Position numbers and translations under genes: made by a program. A stretch of DNA of 63,051 bases, filler included, from Perkinsus chesapeaki ATCC PRA-425 (Eukaryota; Protista; Perkinsozoa), in assembly GCA_013115145.1 (NCBI GenBank). It is 4 parts of 4 records of this genome, joined end to end, with 100 filler letters (N's around TTAATTAATTAA, not from the genome) between each part and the next. Parts side by side here need not be neighbours in the genome. Positions count along the whole stretch, not along the records: positions 1 to 28,670 come from JAAPAO010000467.1; 3 more parts are not named here. One strand, given 5' to 3'. The notes below the pieces were generated by a model. It ran no database searches, had not been told where the DNA came from, and saw nothing but the letters and a program-made list of their open reading frames with translations. Shown piece after piece: positions 10,427-21,644 of this stretch. Position 1 is the first letter of the stretch, and every line of letters begins with the position of its first letter.

Positions 10427-12182
10427 CTTTGTAACGGCTTTTTCTCCGTAAGTAGTGACTATATAGTAGTCTGGCTTACATCGCTAGCTACGACGTTGCT
10501 CCTCCGAGTCCGTGGTGTCCTAAAAACATCGACTCGGGCTCGGGAGTAGTCGTAAGAGAGACTGCTCCATCTCCGGAGACGACTGCGGAAGCACCCCGTA
10601 GTAACTCGCAATTTGCACGCAATGGAACCCAAATGACCGGGGCCTCTGGAGTCCTACTTGGGAGCAGTCCAGTGCTCGATGGGGAGGATGCCTGGTTCCA
10701 AATAAAAGCTACTTCATTCACCATTTTGGTGTCCAGTTGTGGTCTCATAGTGGAGTTTGAACCAATTTAGCATGGTCCGAACTTCCCTGTGTGTTGTGCG
10801 GCAACTTGTGCCTAGAAGGCGGTTATCCCTTGTGCTCCACCTTCTCCATTGTCCATGCGTGCCCAGGTCGTGTAAGACGGGATAGTGAGAGGTAAAGAAG
10901 GAACGTTTGTAGATCTGCTCGTTGTCGTCTGGTGCTCATCATCATGTCATGATAATTCGTCTATTTAACGAATAAAAAGCAAGATCAACACGTTCGTGCA
11001 ACAAGGCTCTTGTCAGGGCAGAAGGCAGGTACGCGAGTTGAGTACGTGAGTCTGAGTCTTGAAACGGTTGCCCAGACTACCTCCCAAGGCCAGGGCGATG
11101 GCCCATCGCCGATGGGGCATGCCAGGCGAGCGCTGCCGTGCTTCCCCGTCTCCGAATATTGCTAAACTGAAGAAAATCAAGCTGTGTTGAGCTGCTCACT
11201 ACACTCACCGCAACCTGTCCAACTTGAGCAGGGCTCCTGCGCTGTGAAGTTCCTTCGTCGAGTAATTCAACGAGCAAAACGGGGGTATCGCAAGCGACGA
11301 GCCCACTGAAGATGGACGGAATTCAAACTCCGGATAGTCTTGAGTCAAGACTCTTGACAATGTTAGTTGCATTATGTTACGTTGCCTTCGAAGAATTACT
11401 AGGTTCTCTGAAACATTGGGCTTCCGATTGCAGGAGTCTGCCAGGGAAATGATTTCCCGGAAATCAAGGACCAATAAATTCAAATCCTTGAGGAGAATAG
11501 GGATTTGATGATTGGGCAGCCCGATTTGGGCTACAGGAGATCAGGTACATCCCGCTGGAGCAGACAGAAATGAACTTCCCAGGCCCTACAGAGATGTATT
11601 GGGGGGCACTGTCAGCTCCAACAAGTACAGTTCTCGTCAGAGAGCATGTTCAAGCAGGTGTACGCCGAGGGCGGAGAAGTTTATCGTGTGTTTGGCGGCG
11701 CCAAATTGGCGCGCGCCCGCATTGTGTCCGACTCGGACAGTCCGAGGGAGCGTGATTCAGGTTGTCCGTTACCTCGAAGCGGAAGCGAAGTCGAACGAGC
11801 GGCGCTCGTTTGACTTCGCTTCCCGACGATATGACACCGACATGGTTACAAACATTGGCACATGCACAGGTAACATGTGCAATGTTTGGTATCCACAACA
11901 TGCCGCTTGTCTGTCCTCACCCAATACTCCCATCTGACTGCATACGTGATTGCTTATAGATGACAGTGTAGCCGCTGCTTTCTAACCTTACTGCTCCTCC
12001 CCTCTTTGGAGGCTTTACCGACAAGGAAGCGCGTCGCACATTCTTCCAGACTTTAGAGGGCTATTCGACAAATCCAATTTCCGTGAATGTGTTTGATTCC
12101 GGGATTGTGGAGTGTAATCAACAGATCACCGAAGACCTCGAGCATCAGTCCAAGATCGTGGCTGAGCAGTACCACATAATCA

Positions 12183-12283
12183 ACATGTGAATTTCACATG
12201 TCGCAATGCCGACTATGTATAGTTTCACATTGTGAAACTATACATAGTCGGCACTGCCGGCTCGGCAGTACACTCGCCGAGTG
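12183..12283. repeat. Cluster of four consecutive perfect inverted repeats
   Basis: Stem/loop sizes: 9/1 (12183-12201), 23/1 (12207-12253), 7/3 (12253-12269), 6/1 (12271-12283). Confidence 0.92.
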
Positions 12284-12827
12284 GCAGTTCGCCAGTCGCG
12301 AACAGTCCATTCATTATGTTCGCTGGGAGAATCACCCGCGATGTTTGTAAATAGTGATGATCGCAGTCAGTTCTCCACGATGTATGCTACGGAACCGCGT
12401 CCTTGAGTGACTGGATGCGATTGTCGCCCGCTGTCAAACGGCGTTGAAGAATTTGCTCACGCTGTTATACCGTGAAAAGGTCGAAACGCTCAATTCGGCT
12501 GAAATCATTGATGTCGGGAGCATGGTCATCAGTATTGTGTGACATATATCAAGTGGCGTCATCATAGACTCAAAGTATGATACTTCTGCCTATCATAGGT
12601 AGGCTATCAAGCCCAACAGCTTTACCAGCAATAACCAAGCTTCCTACTCCAAATGATAAGAAGTATATTGGCCTGAAGTAGCTTGAAATGTATCATACAT
12701 CATGCATGTGACATGCATTATGTCACAGATTGAATGGAAGTGTACCGCTGCAACTAAATACTAACACAGGGTGAATGAGAAACATTTGGCGTACTATAGT
12801 CTGATCATGAATTGACATGCACTTTCA

Positions 12828-15800
12828 TCAAAGGCCTTCGGTTTTCTTCGGCTCCTCAGGGGTATGAGGAGCTGTCGTACCGCAGACACTCTCTGTATCC
12901 TCGCTCTGGTGGAAAGGCTGCCGATCACCAGGATAAACCTTTCTCGTAACCTGGTGGCCTGCAGGAAATAATATCATAATCTTGCTAATCTATTAGCTAT
13001 GATTCATTGGAAATGAGTCATTGCTTCATGAATGTCGAGGACATGTGAGGTCAAAGTAATCTCGTTCTCGTGCGATTCCATGAGGAGCCCTCTTGAGTCC
13101 TCCACTCACCTGAGGTCCGAGGTGAACGATGGGGCCTCCGGTGCAGCGATGCCCTGCTGTAACTGTTATTGGAGCCGCTGCCGGTCCTCATGAATTCCAT
13201 GCGAGTATCGTCATCCTCCCCCAGAGGCCCCTCAACCTCCTCCCAAGCCTCGATGCCTGTGCGAGCTCTTGGGACCTTCATCGCGCTTCTTCGAATACTT
13301 GAACCTACGGGAACTATAGTGAGTCGTAAGTCTCTGGATAGCAGCTCTACTCGACAATCCACGACCTCATGGTCACTAATACATTTACATTTCACTAATA
13401 TCATTTACGACAACCGAAGTTTGCGCACCATTCAAGTCGTGATATTTTTGTTGCATATTGGCGCCGTCCTCTTCATCCTCTGGAACGTGGAAGATGTCAT
13501 CGTCCTCGCCCAGATCTTCGTCATCTTCGATTGGCTCCTCCACACGCTCGGGAAGCTGCTGGCGTAGGGTCTCCAATGCGGCCTTTGCAGCGTCCTGATC
13601 CTGCGGTCTCCAGATAACCTGAACCCATAAACTGGCATTGCGTCTTTAACTGAACTCGTCACTCTTGTTTTTGTTCGCCCCCCACGGATCCCTCCAACTT
13701 CCGTTGTATATTCGTAGCCAATCTTAGCATTACCAGTCTTGTCGAAATCGAGTTGATGAGCACCCGTAGCGAAGCGGCGGCGTCTGAGTCTCACACACAC
13801 ATACCGTAAGATGAGGGCTAGGACAAGGCAGCCTCCAATGATACCAAGGATATGGAAAGCGTTGAGGCGGAAATAGACGTCTAGCGGCCCCGCGGCAAGG
13901 GTGAACTGTTCCATAGTGCCACAGCCGTCTGCGTTTGCATCATGACAATAGCAGAGTTGGAGAGTCTTTGTGGACGACCCAGATTTGCCGAAGTCGAACT
14001 CGCCGACAGAGCGATCCTCATTAAGCAAGATTTCAGACGGGTTACCGAGGGGTTTGGAACTGCCGTCACCACATGAGCCCTCCGCGAGAAGTACCGCTTG
14101 ATCGCCTTCTGTGAGAAGAATGCCTTCTATCTCGACTCGGCAGTCGGACTGTATAGGGCACCTGAGGACCACCGACGACCGCAATGGGCCAGAGATTATC
14201 ATGCCACCAATGGCGATGTTGAAGTGCTCCGGCTTGGTGCAGTTCCAACCATCTAGGCTGAATGCAATCCTCATACACGCACATATAGCCCTCACAGATC
14301 CGAAGCCGAACTGTTTCAATACGAAGGACCCATCCGGCTCTCGTCCGACAGGCTTCTCTACCACACTATCTTCGGAAGCCCCACATATCGTGTCATCTTC
14401 TTGAGAGGTCGATGCATAATTGGTTGTCGCGCCTGATGGCACGGAGACCGTAGTGAGGAATATGTCTGCCCCTTCGATGTCACCTACACCGGTAACCTCG
14501 CAGAGTTGGCCGGCAGCGCAAGGCAAGAACGGGTCGGTGGAGTTACCCTCTTTGGCGATATTCAGCGTCGGGCTGATGACATCGATCTCACCAAGATCTA
14601 CTAGAGCCCCCGCATCACCGTTTTCGTGGCAGCTACCAGTGCAGCCACATGCTCTGTATTTCCCCTCAGGCAACTGGCTGACATCAACGACGAGAGTACC
14701 CTCACCACGAGGATCTACGTCTGATACCATGAACACTTCGTCACTGCCTATGCTGCTGTTGCATTGGCGGCTCACCGGCCTAACTTCGATCTTCCATCCT
14801 CGAGTAGGTTGTCCTATCATTGTCACCGGCAATGTCGCCGTCCCCTTGTAGCGACCCAGAGCTGTGTGATACTCGCCAGAGCTCGGCTTGAACCCTTCAA
14901 CGTGGAGCCTGCCTATTTTGTGAGGAGACCGAGCTAAGCAGGGGTTTTCGACCCAGTCGGGAAGGCCAGTGAAGGGACAATAGCAGAGTACAAAAACGTC
15001 TGCACTTGCAAAAGAGGGCAAAACGAATATTGCCATTTGCTCATTATCGGTGATGGCTGACGCATTGACAATCATGTCGCCAAATGCCTCTACGACGATG
15101 TTCGTGCATGGCCGATCTGCACTATTGAGAACCTTAAGGCGGTCTCGACTATCGAGGCCGACGCCGTCTATGGAAACTGTACAAGTCTCGCCTGGTACGC
15201 AAGAGTGATTCACACCCTGCTCCACGGAGCCCGACACGATGAGGTCTCCGGCACGAAGATGATAAGAGGCCTCGATCACGCAGTCGCTGTCATCCAGCCC
15301 AGCCGCACAATAGCAGACAGTGTAATTACCGCCTCTTGGCATGGCTCTTGGAGGTATGACTACCCCCCATGCCACCGAGCGTCCCTGGTAAAGGGAGACC
15401 GGTAAGCTCGTTCGAACGGCAGCTTGGGGGAGATTGCTGCAGGAATCGCCGACGGCAATGGTGACCCGGTCTCGACGGCTAAGCCCAAAGCTAGCTCCCG
15501 TGTAGTTAAATATGCAGTTGGCGTCCATCGCCCCACAGATAACGGAATCATTGGAGGTTTGATCTATACCAATAGAGCGGACTATGCCGGCTTTCACATT
15601 GAACTGATCAGCGTATAAACATCGGTCATTCTGCTGCTCTCTTTCTGCTAGCATTCGGGGGTCCGTTGCGAAAGAAGCACAGACGCATACTGTGTAGGTG
15701 CCAAGGACACCGAAGCGGTAAGGATTCAGGAAGGACCCTAGCGTCGGGCTGGAGAAGGAGTACCCCGTGATGGTAACCCGCTCATTGCCTGGTAAATAAA

Positions 15801-18800
15801 GTACAGTTCGGGCTAGAGCACACATCCTTGCCTTCCGTGGGTGGATCCATGCTCCGCACAATTAGACTATCGTTTGCAGGTGGACATGATACGCCGCGAG
15901 TCGCCAACAAGCGGTCAGTGTCCTTCACCATTCCCGTGCCCGAAATACGCATCCGGCATTGCGAGCCGATTGTGCATTCAAATCTGCAAACGTACATGCT
16001 GAATGCTCCAACTCGCGTTGCAGCAGAGGCGCGTTAGTTACGTAGGGGAACCCTCATCGGCGGGTAATCTCACCTTTGGTTGCCATACACACCATTCACT
16101 GTAAGGTTCCCCACTAGCGTTTCGACCGCTCCACCGCCACCGCACAATGTCCCCGGACTTGTGCAATAACACAGAGAGAAGCTTCCCGGTTGAGCAGGGA
16201 AGGATAAGTGAAAACCGGTACTGGCCTGCGCCGATGTCTGAAGGAGCAGATCGTTGAGCGAACGGTAGCGATCGGTAATGTCACCAGTTGTATCTGGGTT
16301 ACTCCATACGGTTGCGATGGAAATGCCGATAGAGCAAGCGCCGTGGAATTGGCACAGAAGGGAGTCGTCTTCAATGCGAGCTTATCGATAGGTGACAGCT
16401 GATACCTGATCGGCGAGCATCTTCGCTTGAACTCTTGACCTGGCCAGCGAAGCTCACCCATTTATGAGTATATTGCAGGGTTGGCCTAGGACACAGACGT
16501 GGTCCTGATTTAGAAGCGGACCGATAACATTCAGAGCTCCACTGAAGCCTGTGAACTTGGAAAGGGTATCGCACCCAGTCTTATAGTGGATCACAGCTGA
16601 ACACCAGCAAAGGGTAAATGTACCTGAGAACGCGCCATCCGACTCGAACTAAAGAACAGCGATGCCGTCACCTATTTGCGGAAGGCTTGTGCGCTGCACA
16701 ACCGCGGTAATCCAGCGACCCTCCCCGTCAGCTTGCTTGACAGGGATAACTTCTTCCTCATCGACTTCATCCGGGCCTCGCGGAACCTGAGTCGTCCAGT
16801 TTAGTGCTGGCTGACTAAGCCCCAGCTGACTCCGCATTGGCCTGGACTCGCGCCCGTCAACAAAACCAGCTTGTCTTCTTTTGACAAGCCGTAACCTTTG
16901 ATCGATATGCTGCAGTCTCGTGCCTGCCGAATCCGCATTCTCGCTACCAGAGCATTAGACAACGCTCACTTGGGTACAGGAAAACACCTGGCCGGCTGAT
17001 GGCCCTAGCACGTCAATGCGCCCAAGAGGTACGGAATAATTATCGGCTGTTGGAGTCCCTCGGGGGCAATCTCCGAGACATATGCAAATTCCATACGAGC
17101 CGACAACCTGGAAAAGATCACCAGCTTCACTTGACTTATTTGCCCTCTTCGATACGTAAGGGTATCCAAGGTCGAAGTTTGACGTGTGCTCCTCGTCTCC
17201 GAAGTAGGCCACTTCGATTGGCGCATCCTTCCTCCCTCGCCATCGGTCATGCGCTGTGCTATTGTGGTCCCCACAAGATGGCGGCATCTCTCCCTCAGAG
17301 GACGCGCGAAGTACAACCACTCTACTCGCTGTTGCCTTCTTTGAGAAGCCTGTCGTGTTGACATAGTACGAGCTCGAAGAATCCCAAAGCGCCTACTTCT
17401 GACGTCGATAATGCATTTGCCTGTTTCGCTTTGAGCAGTGTACACAGTGACCGAGCAAGACCAGACAGAATAGGCCCTTGCAGGGCCATAGACGGTCAAG
17501 CTGCCAGCTGCCGTCACGAAGTCCTCGTCACGTGTTGGCTGGCATGGGCGGCCCTCCCCCCCGCTGCAGTAGCAAATACTGAGCTGTATGCCACGCTAAA
17601 ATGGAGAAAATTTCCACTGGCGTGAAAATGGACTTAGATTACCCAGAAGGCAGAGGAGTCCAGAGACACCTGTGCGAGGTTGGCATAGGTCGAGGACGAG
17701 TCCACAGATACATCGACAAGCCTACCACTGTTGATCTGAAAGTTGGTGATTCAAGTCACCGTTGCCAAGCGTACTGGAGCCGCCACGACGCCTACAGTGG
17801 ACTTCAACTGCGGGTGCAGCGCATAATATGTATTATGGCAGTAGTTATTACTGCTATAATTAACCACTGGGCCAGTATTACTAATAATACTGGCCTAATA
17901 CTGGCCTAATACTGGCGTAATACTGGCCCAGTGGTTGAGTTAGTGGTCAAAGCGAGTGTATTATACACGTAGGTAGGTAGTGGGCGAACTTCCGTAAGAC
18001 TAGCGACTTCAGAAAATCCAAGAGGCTCGTTTGGGTTGAGATCAAGACAAGATATGATCTTGCAAATTCTCACGGACGGTGAAGCGATAAAGAAGAAGAT
18101 TTTTACATCAGGAATCAGACGATCTCCAGGGCACTCTTGGTCGAAGGTGACCAGCTTGACTTTATCGTACTGAGTTAACCTATATCCTTGTATAGTGAAG
18201 TTGCAGCCATCCTCATAGGCCACTCCACATACAACATGCCTCTGGTCAATATACGCTCCTCGGACCTAACCGCGCACTCCTCGAGCTCACACCCGAGCTG
18301 CTTGCTCACATGCACCGTTATGCCATAACCTCTGTCGTATTCTCCCCAGTCTTCGCACGGACCTTTGCCAAGACAGAAACACGTGGTGTACACCGAAGGC
18401 GTCTTCACCACTCCAACTGAGAACACAGCCTCAGGGGACTCCTTCACGAGCATCCCAGCCACCCTTGTCAACATGGCTCGACTGTCGGTCGCGAGGCTGC
18501 TGCAGTTAGTGCCGTAAACCCTATCGTACATGACTACTCGGTGACCCCAGGTGAGACCAAAACCTTCGATTCTCAAGGTGCATGGGACCCCAGCACGGCA
18601 CTCAAGCTCTTGGTCGATGCTGATGTCTCTGGCTGGGGAAGCCTCCAATGGTCCAGGCTCGGCCCGAACAACTAGCGTTCCGGGGACAGGCATACAGCGT
18701 CCTTGACCGAAGCAGTAGCAAACACTCAGGTTCCTCTGGCCACGGTACGGGATGACCTCGCCAGCGTAGATACCAAACGATACCAGCTGCCGCTCACTGC

Positions 18801-20796
18801 TGGCAACAACAATCCTTCCGGGATCTGTCGAGAACAGCCCCGACGTCACGACGTCACAGGATTCGTTTAACAGTTTAGCTTTAGCGAAGCCATCCATTGA
18901 TAAGGCACCGCCCTCAAAATCTACTATACATTCCTGTGACGTGACGCACGTCCAGTTTCGTTCGTACTCTTGTTCGTTTGTGAGACCCTGAACGGTTAGA
19001 CTGCCCAGAGGGAATGCGAAGTCCTCCCAAGAGCTACACTGTCCTGTGTGCGACCTCAAACACAGACAAGTTGCGTAGACACCAGCGGCGCGAGGCACCG
19101 TTTCCAATACGGCCGTCGAGTTATCGCCGACTCCAGCTTCATAAAAAGTTTTAACATCTGCCCCACACTGGTCGCCCTCAATGGCTCTGAGCCGGTCTCC
19201 TCGCTCTATCCCCATGCCTTCAAGTCGAACTGTACACGGTCCGATCGGTGAGCAGGTGAAGTTGTTGGCCCCATCAAGAGGGCCGCGGATCTTCAGGATT
19301 CCAAGAGGCAACGAAAAGCTCTGTGGACCGTTGCAGCCTCCCGCCGAAGAGGCCATGCAGTAGCAGATCGATAATAAACCAGGAGTGTCAACCATCGCAG
19401 GAAAGGTAAGGGTGCTGGCATCGCCTTCACCGAGGATCGAACCAGGGATCGCTCGCGGCTCTACTATACGTTGTCCGCAACCGTCATTGGAGAACCTTAT
19501 TGCATCGCCCTTGGCGGCGTCATCAACCTTGATATCAGTGGTCTTGATAGAGCAAGGCAGGCCTTTGTAGCACACAACGCTGTCCCCTCCCGACGCCAGC
19601 CTTGGGCCTCTCATAGATATCATTAAAGGTAGCTTATGCGCGGTGTTATCATCACAAGGCGGACTGCAACGACACACTTCATACTGGCCGCCGGGAACTT
19701 GGCCTGGGAGGAGCCTTATGTCCTGGCTCCGAGGCCTCATAAGGCTTCCGTGAGGGGACAAGCTATCGGCCCCAGACGCGAGGCAATCCGCCCGAGGCTC
19801 CACCAGACGGATTCCCGTGTCGAGGCCAACCAAAAATCCCTCTATGGGAACCAGACAGTCGTCGATGGCATCGCATTCAACTGACTTGTTATTGCGGAGC
19901 TCCACGGAAGCCACAGCGACCTCCTCCATACCGCCATAGCAAAGCTTGTATGTCCTCGCAGGCAACCATTCGAGCAACTGCTCGTCCAGCACTATAGAGC
20001 CGACGCCTGTCGTGGCCTCCACCTGAGGTGAGGCAAGATTTCAACAACACACGGTGGGAACCTCACAGTAAGGATAACCGTGGCGAACGGCAGGGGGATC
20101 GCCGACTTGCAGTCTTCCTCAGTTTTCACAATATCGATCGAAGTGTCGCTACGAAGGCCTTCCGCTTGAATGCCATCAACAATGCAGACTGCCTGAGCCG
20201 GGATGCCGTCCTATGTAGTTCGGATTCCCCACCTCATCCGCGTGACACTCCACCAGGCCCGGTCGGCCCAGTAAGGGACCCTGGACCCACGCTCTCCCCA
20301 AGGACATGGCGTACTCTAACGGCCTCACACATGGCGAGAACAACTGGAGACAAATACATATCTAAGAGGAAAGACGATAGCCACTTTCCTTCTGCCTTCG
20401 CCTCACTTTATAACTGCCAACCCTTGGGCCACTAGGATCGGCAAAGTCCATCCTGTAACGATACCATAGGTCGCCAGTGTCCTCGGGGAGCTCCTCGTCC
20501 AGTAGTAGCTCCGCGAGGTAGTTCTCGTACTCCCCTGGTGCGCCACAGAATGTGACGTCATCTACGAGACTCAGATAAAGCGATGATTGCAGCTGGCCGA
20601 AATCTGGCGGAAGGCTGAGCAGACAGTCTCTGCCTTCAACACAGGAGGCGTTGACCTCGGTGATGCGCTCGAAGACTTTGGACAGTAGCATCTCGATGAG
20701 ACCAGCCGCTGATGCTGCATCAGTCATGTTGATGACCTCCCCCTGAGCGGCAACGGCAACCAGTAGCCATAAGTAGTGAGATAGGACAGGAAACAT
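12828..20796 (-). CDS. Giant type I membrane/surface protein with many Cys-rich beta modules of about 130 aa
   Basis: Signal peptide MFPVLSHYLWLLVAVAAQG. Repeated C-x4-C-x-V-x-I-x-G...C...CYC...C...G-x-L-x-V-x-GP modules across ORFs 18175-20022, 16955-17517 and 13432-15861. TM helix FHILGIIGGCLVLALILRYVCV and an acidic cytoplasmic tail. Confidence 0.8.
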
Positions 20797-21194
20797 GAAT
20801 AAAGACAAGTAAACTCGGAAGAATGCTCCTCTACAGAGAAGAGGGAGTTGCTTGGCTATGAATCTATACTTACAATAGTATATAGTTTACTATAATAATT
20901 CTATTAATCCATAATATTAACTAATAGATATTTAACTCAGACAGATAAACAGACCAGTCAAAGATCAGAGTGACCTACTGCGGCAAAAGCGGTAGGTGTT
21001 GGATGGAGTTCATCATTACAGGCGTCGGCACTTCCGACAGGAAAATATTTCCTATGAATACATAAGAGCGATATACCCCAGAAACTCGCAATCTGGTAAC
21101 CGCTCTGTTACCGTTACCATTTTTAGGAATCTGTAAATCCCTGACGTCAGATACGGAACTACCGTTGCTATCAGCTATCGAGCAAAAGTAACTA

Positions 21195-21575
21195 ATCAAT
21201 TAGACAACTATCTCAAGAGCCTTCCCAGTAGAGCAAAGGTAGTTGATCAATTAGACAACTATCTCAAGAGCCTTCCCAGTAGAGCAAAGGTAGTTGAGCA
21301 ATTCGACAACTATCTCAAGAGACTTCCTAGTATGGCAGAGGTAGTTGAGCAATTCGACAACTATCTCAAGAGACTTCCTAGTATGGCAGAGGTAGTTGAG
21401 CAATTCGACAACNNNNNNNNNNNNNNNNNNNNNNNNNNNNNNNNNNNNNNNNNNNNNNNNNNNNNNNNNNNNNNNNNNNNNNNNNNNNNNNNNNNNNNNN
21501 NNNNNNNNNNNCTATCTCAAAAGACTTCCTAGTATGGCAGAGGTACGTGAATAACTAGACAACTCTCTGCCAGAG
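21195..21575 (+). repeat. 51-bp tandem repeat (at least 6 units, interrupted by an N gap), open as a 17-aa repeat
   Basis: GACAACTATCTCAAGAG recurs at 21203, 21254, 21305 and 21356; a fifth unit starts at 21407 and runs into the gap. It translates as (L/F)DNYLK(S/R)LPS(R/M)A(K/E)VV(D/E)Q. Confidence 0.9.
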
Positions 21576-21644
21576 AGTCTCTGGTAGCTTATGTCAATTA
21601 ACAACTCAATCCACCATCTTCTCCGAAATGTATCGTCGTAATCC

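Noticed and set aside
10328-11950. TGGCGCC (PBS-like) and fragmentary minus-strand ORFs suggesting a decayed retroelement
   Set aside because: No LTR pair, zinc knuckle, protease or RT motif could be identified. Not supportable.
13064-13090. GTGCGATTCC...AGGAGCCC resembling a tRNA-Pro 3' end in an intron of the large membrane gene
   Set aside because: The B-box is mismatched and there is no variable-loop or terminator support. Too weak to count.
21195-21575. Possible CRISPR-like array
   Set aside because: Units are contiguous with no unique spacers, and the context is eukaryotic with no cas genes.
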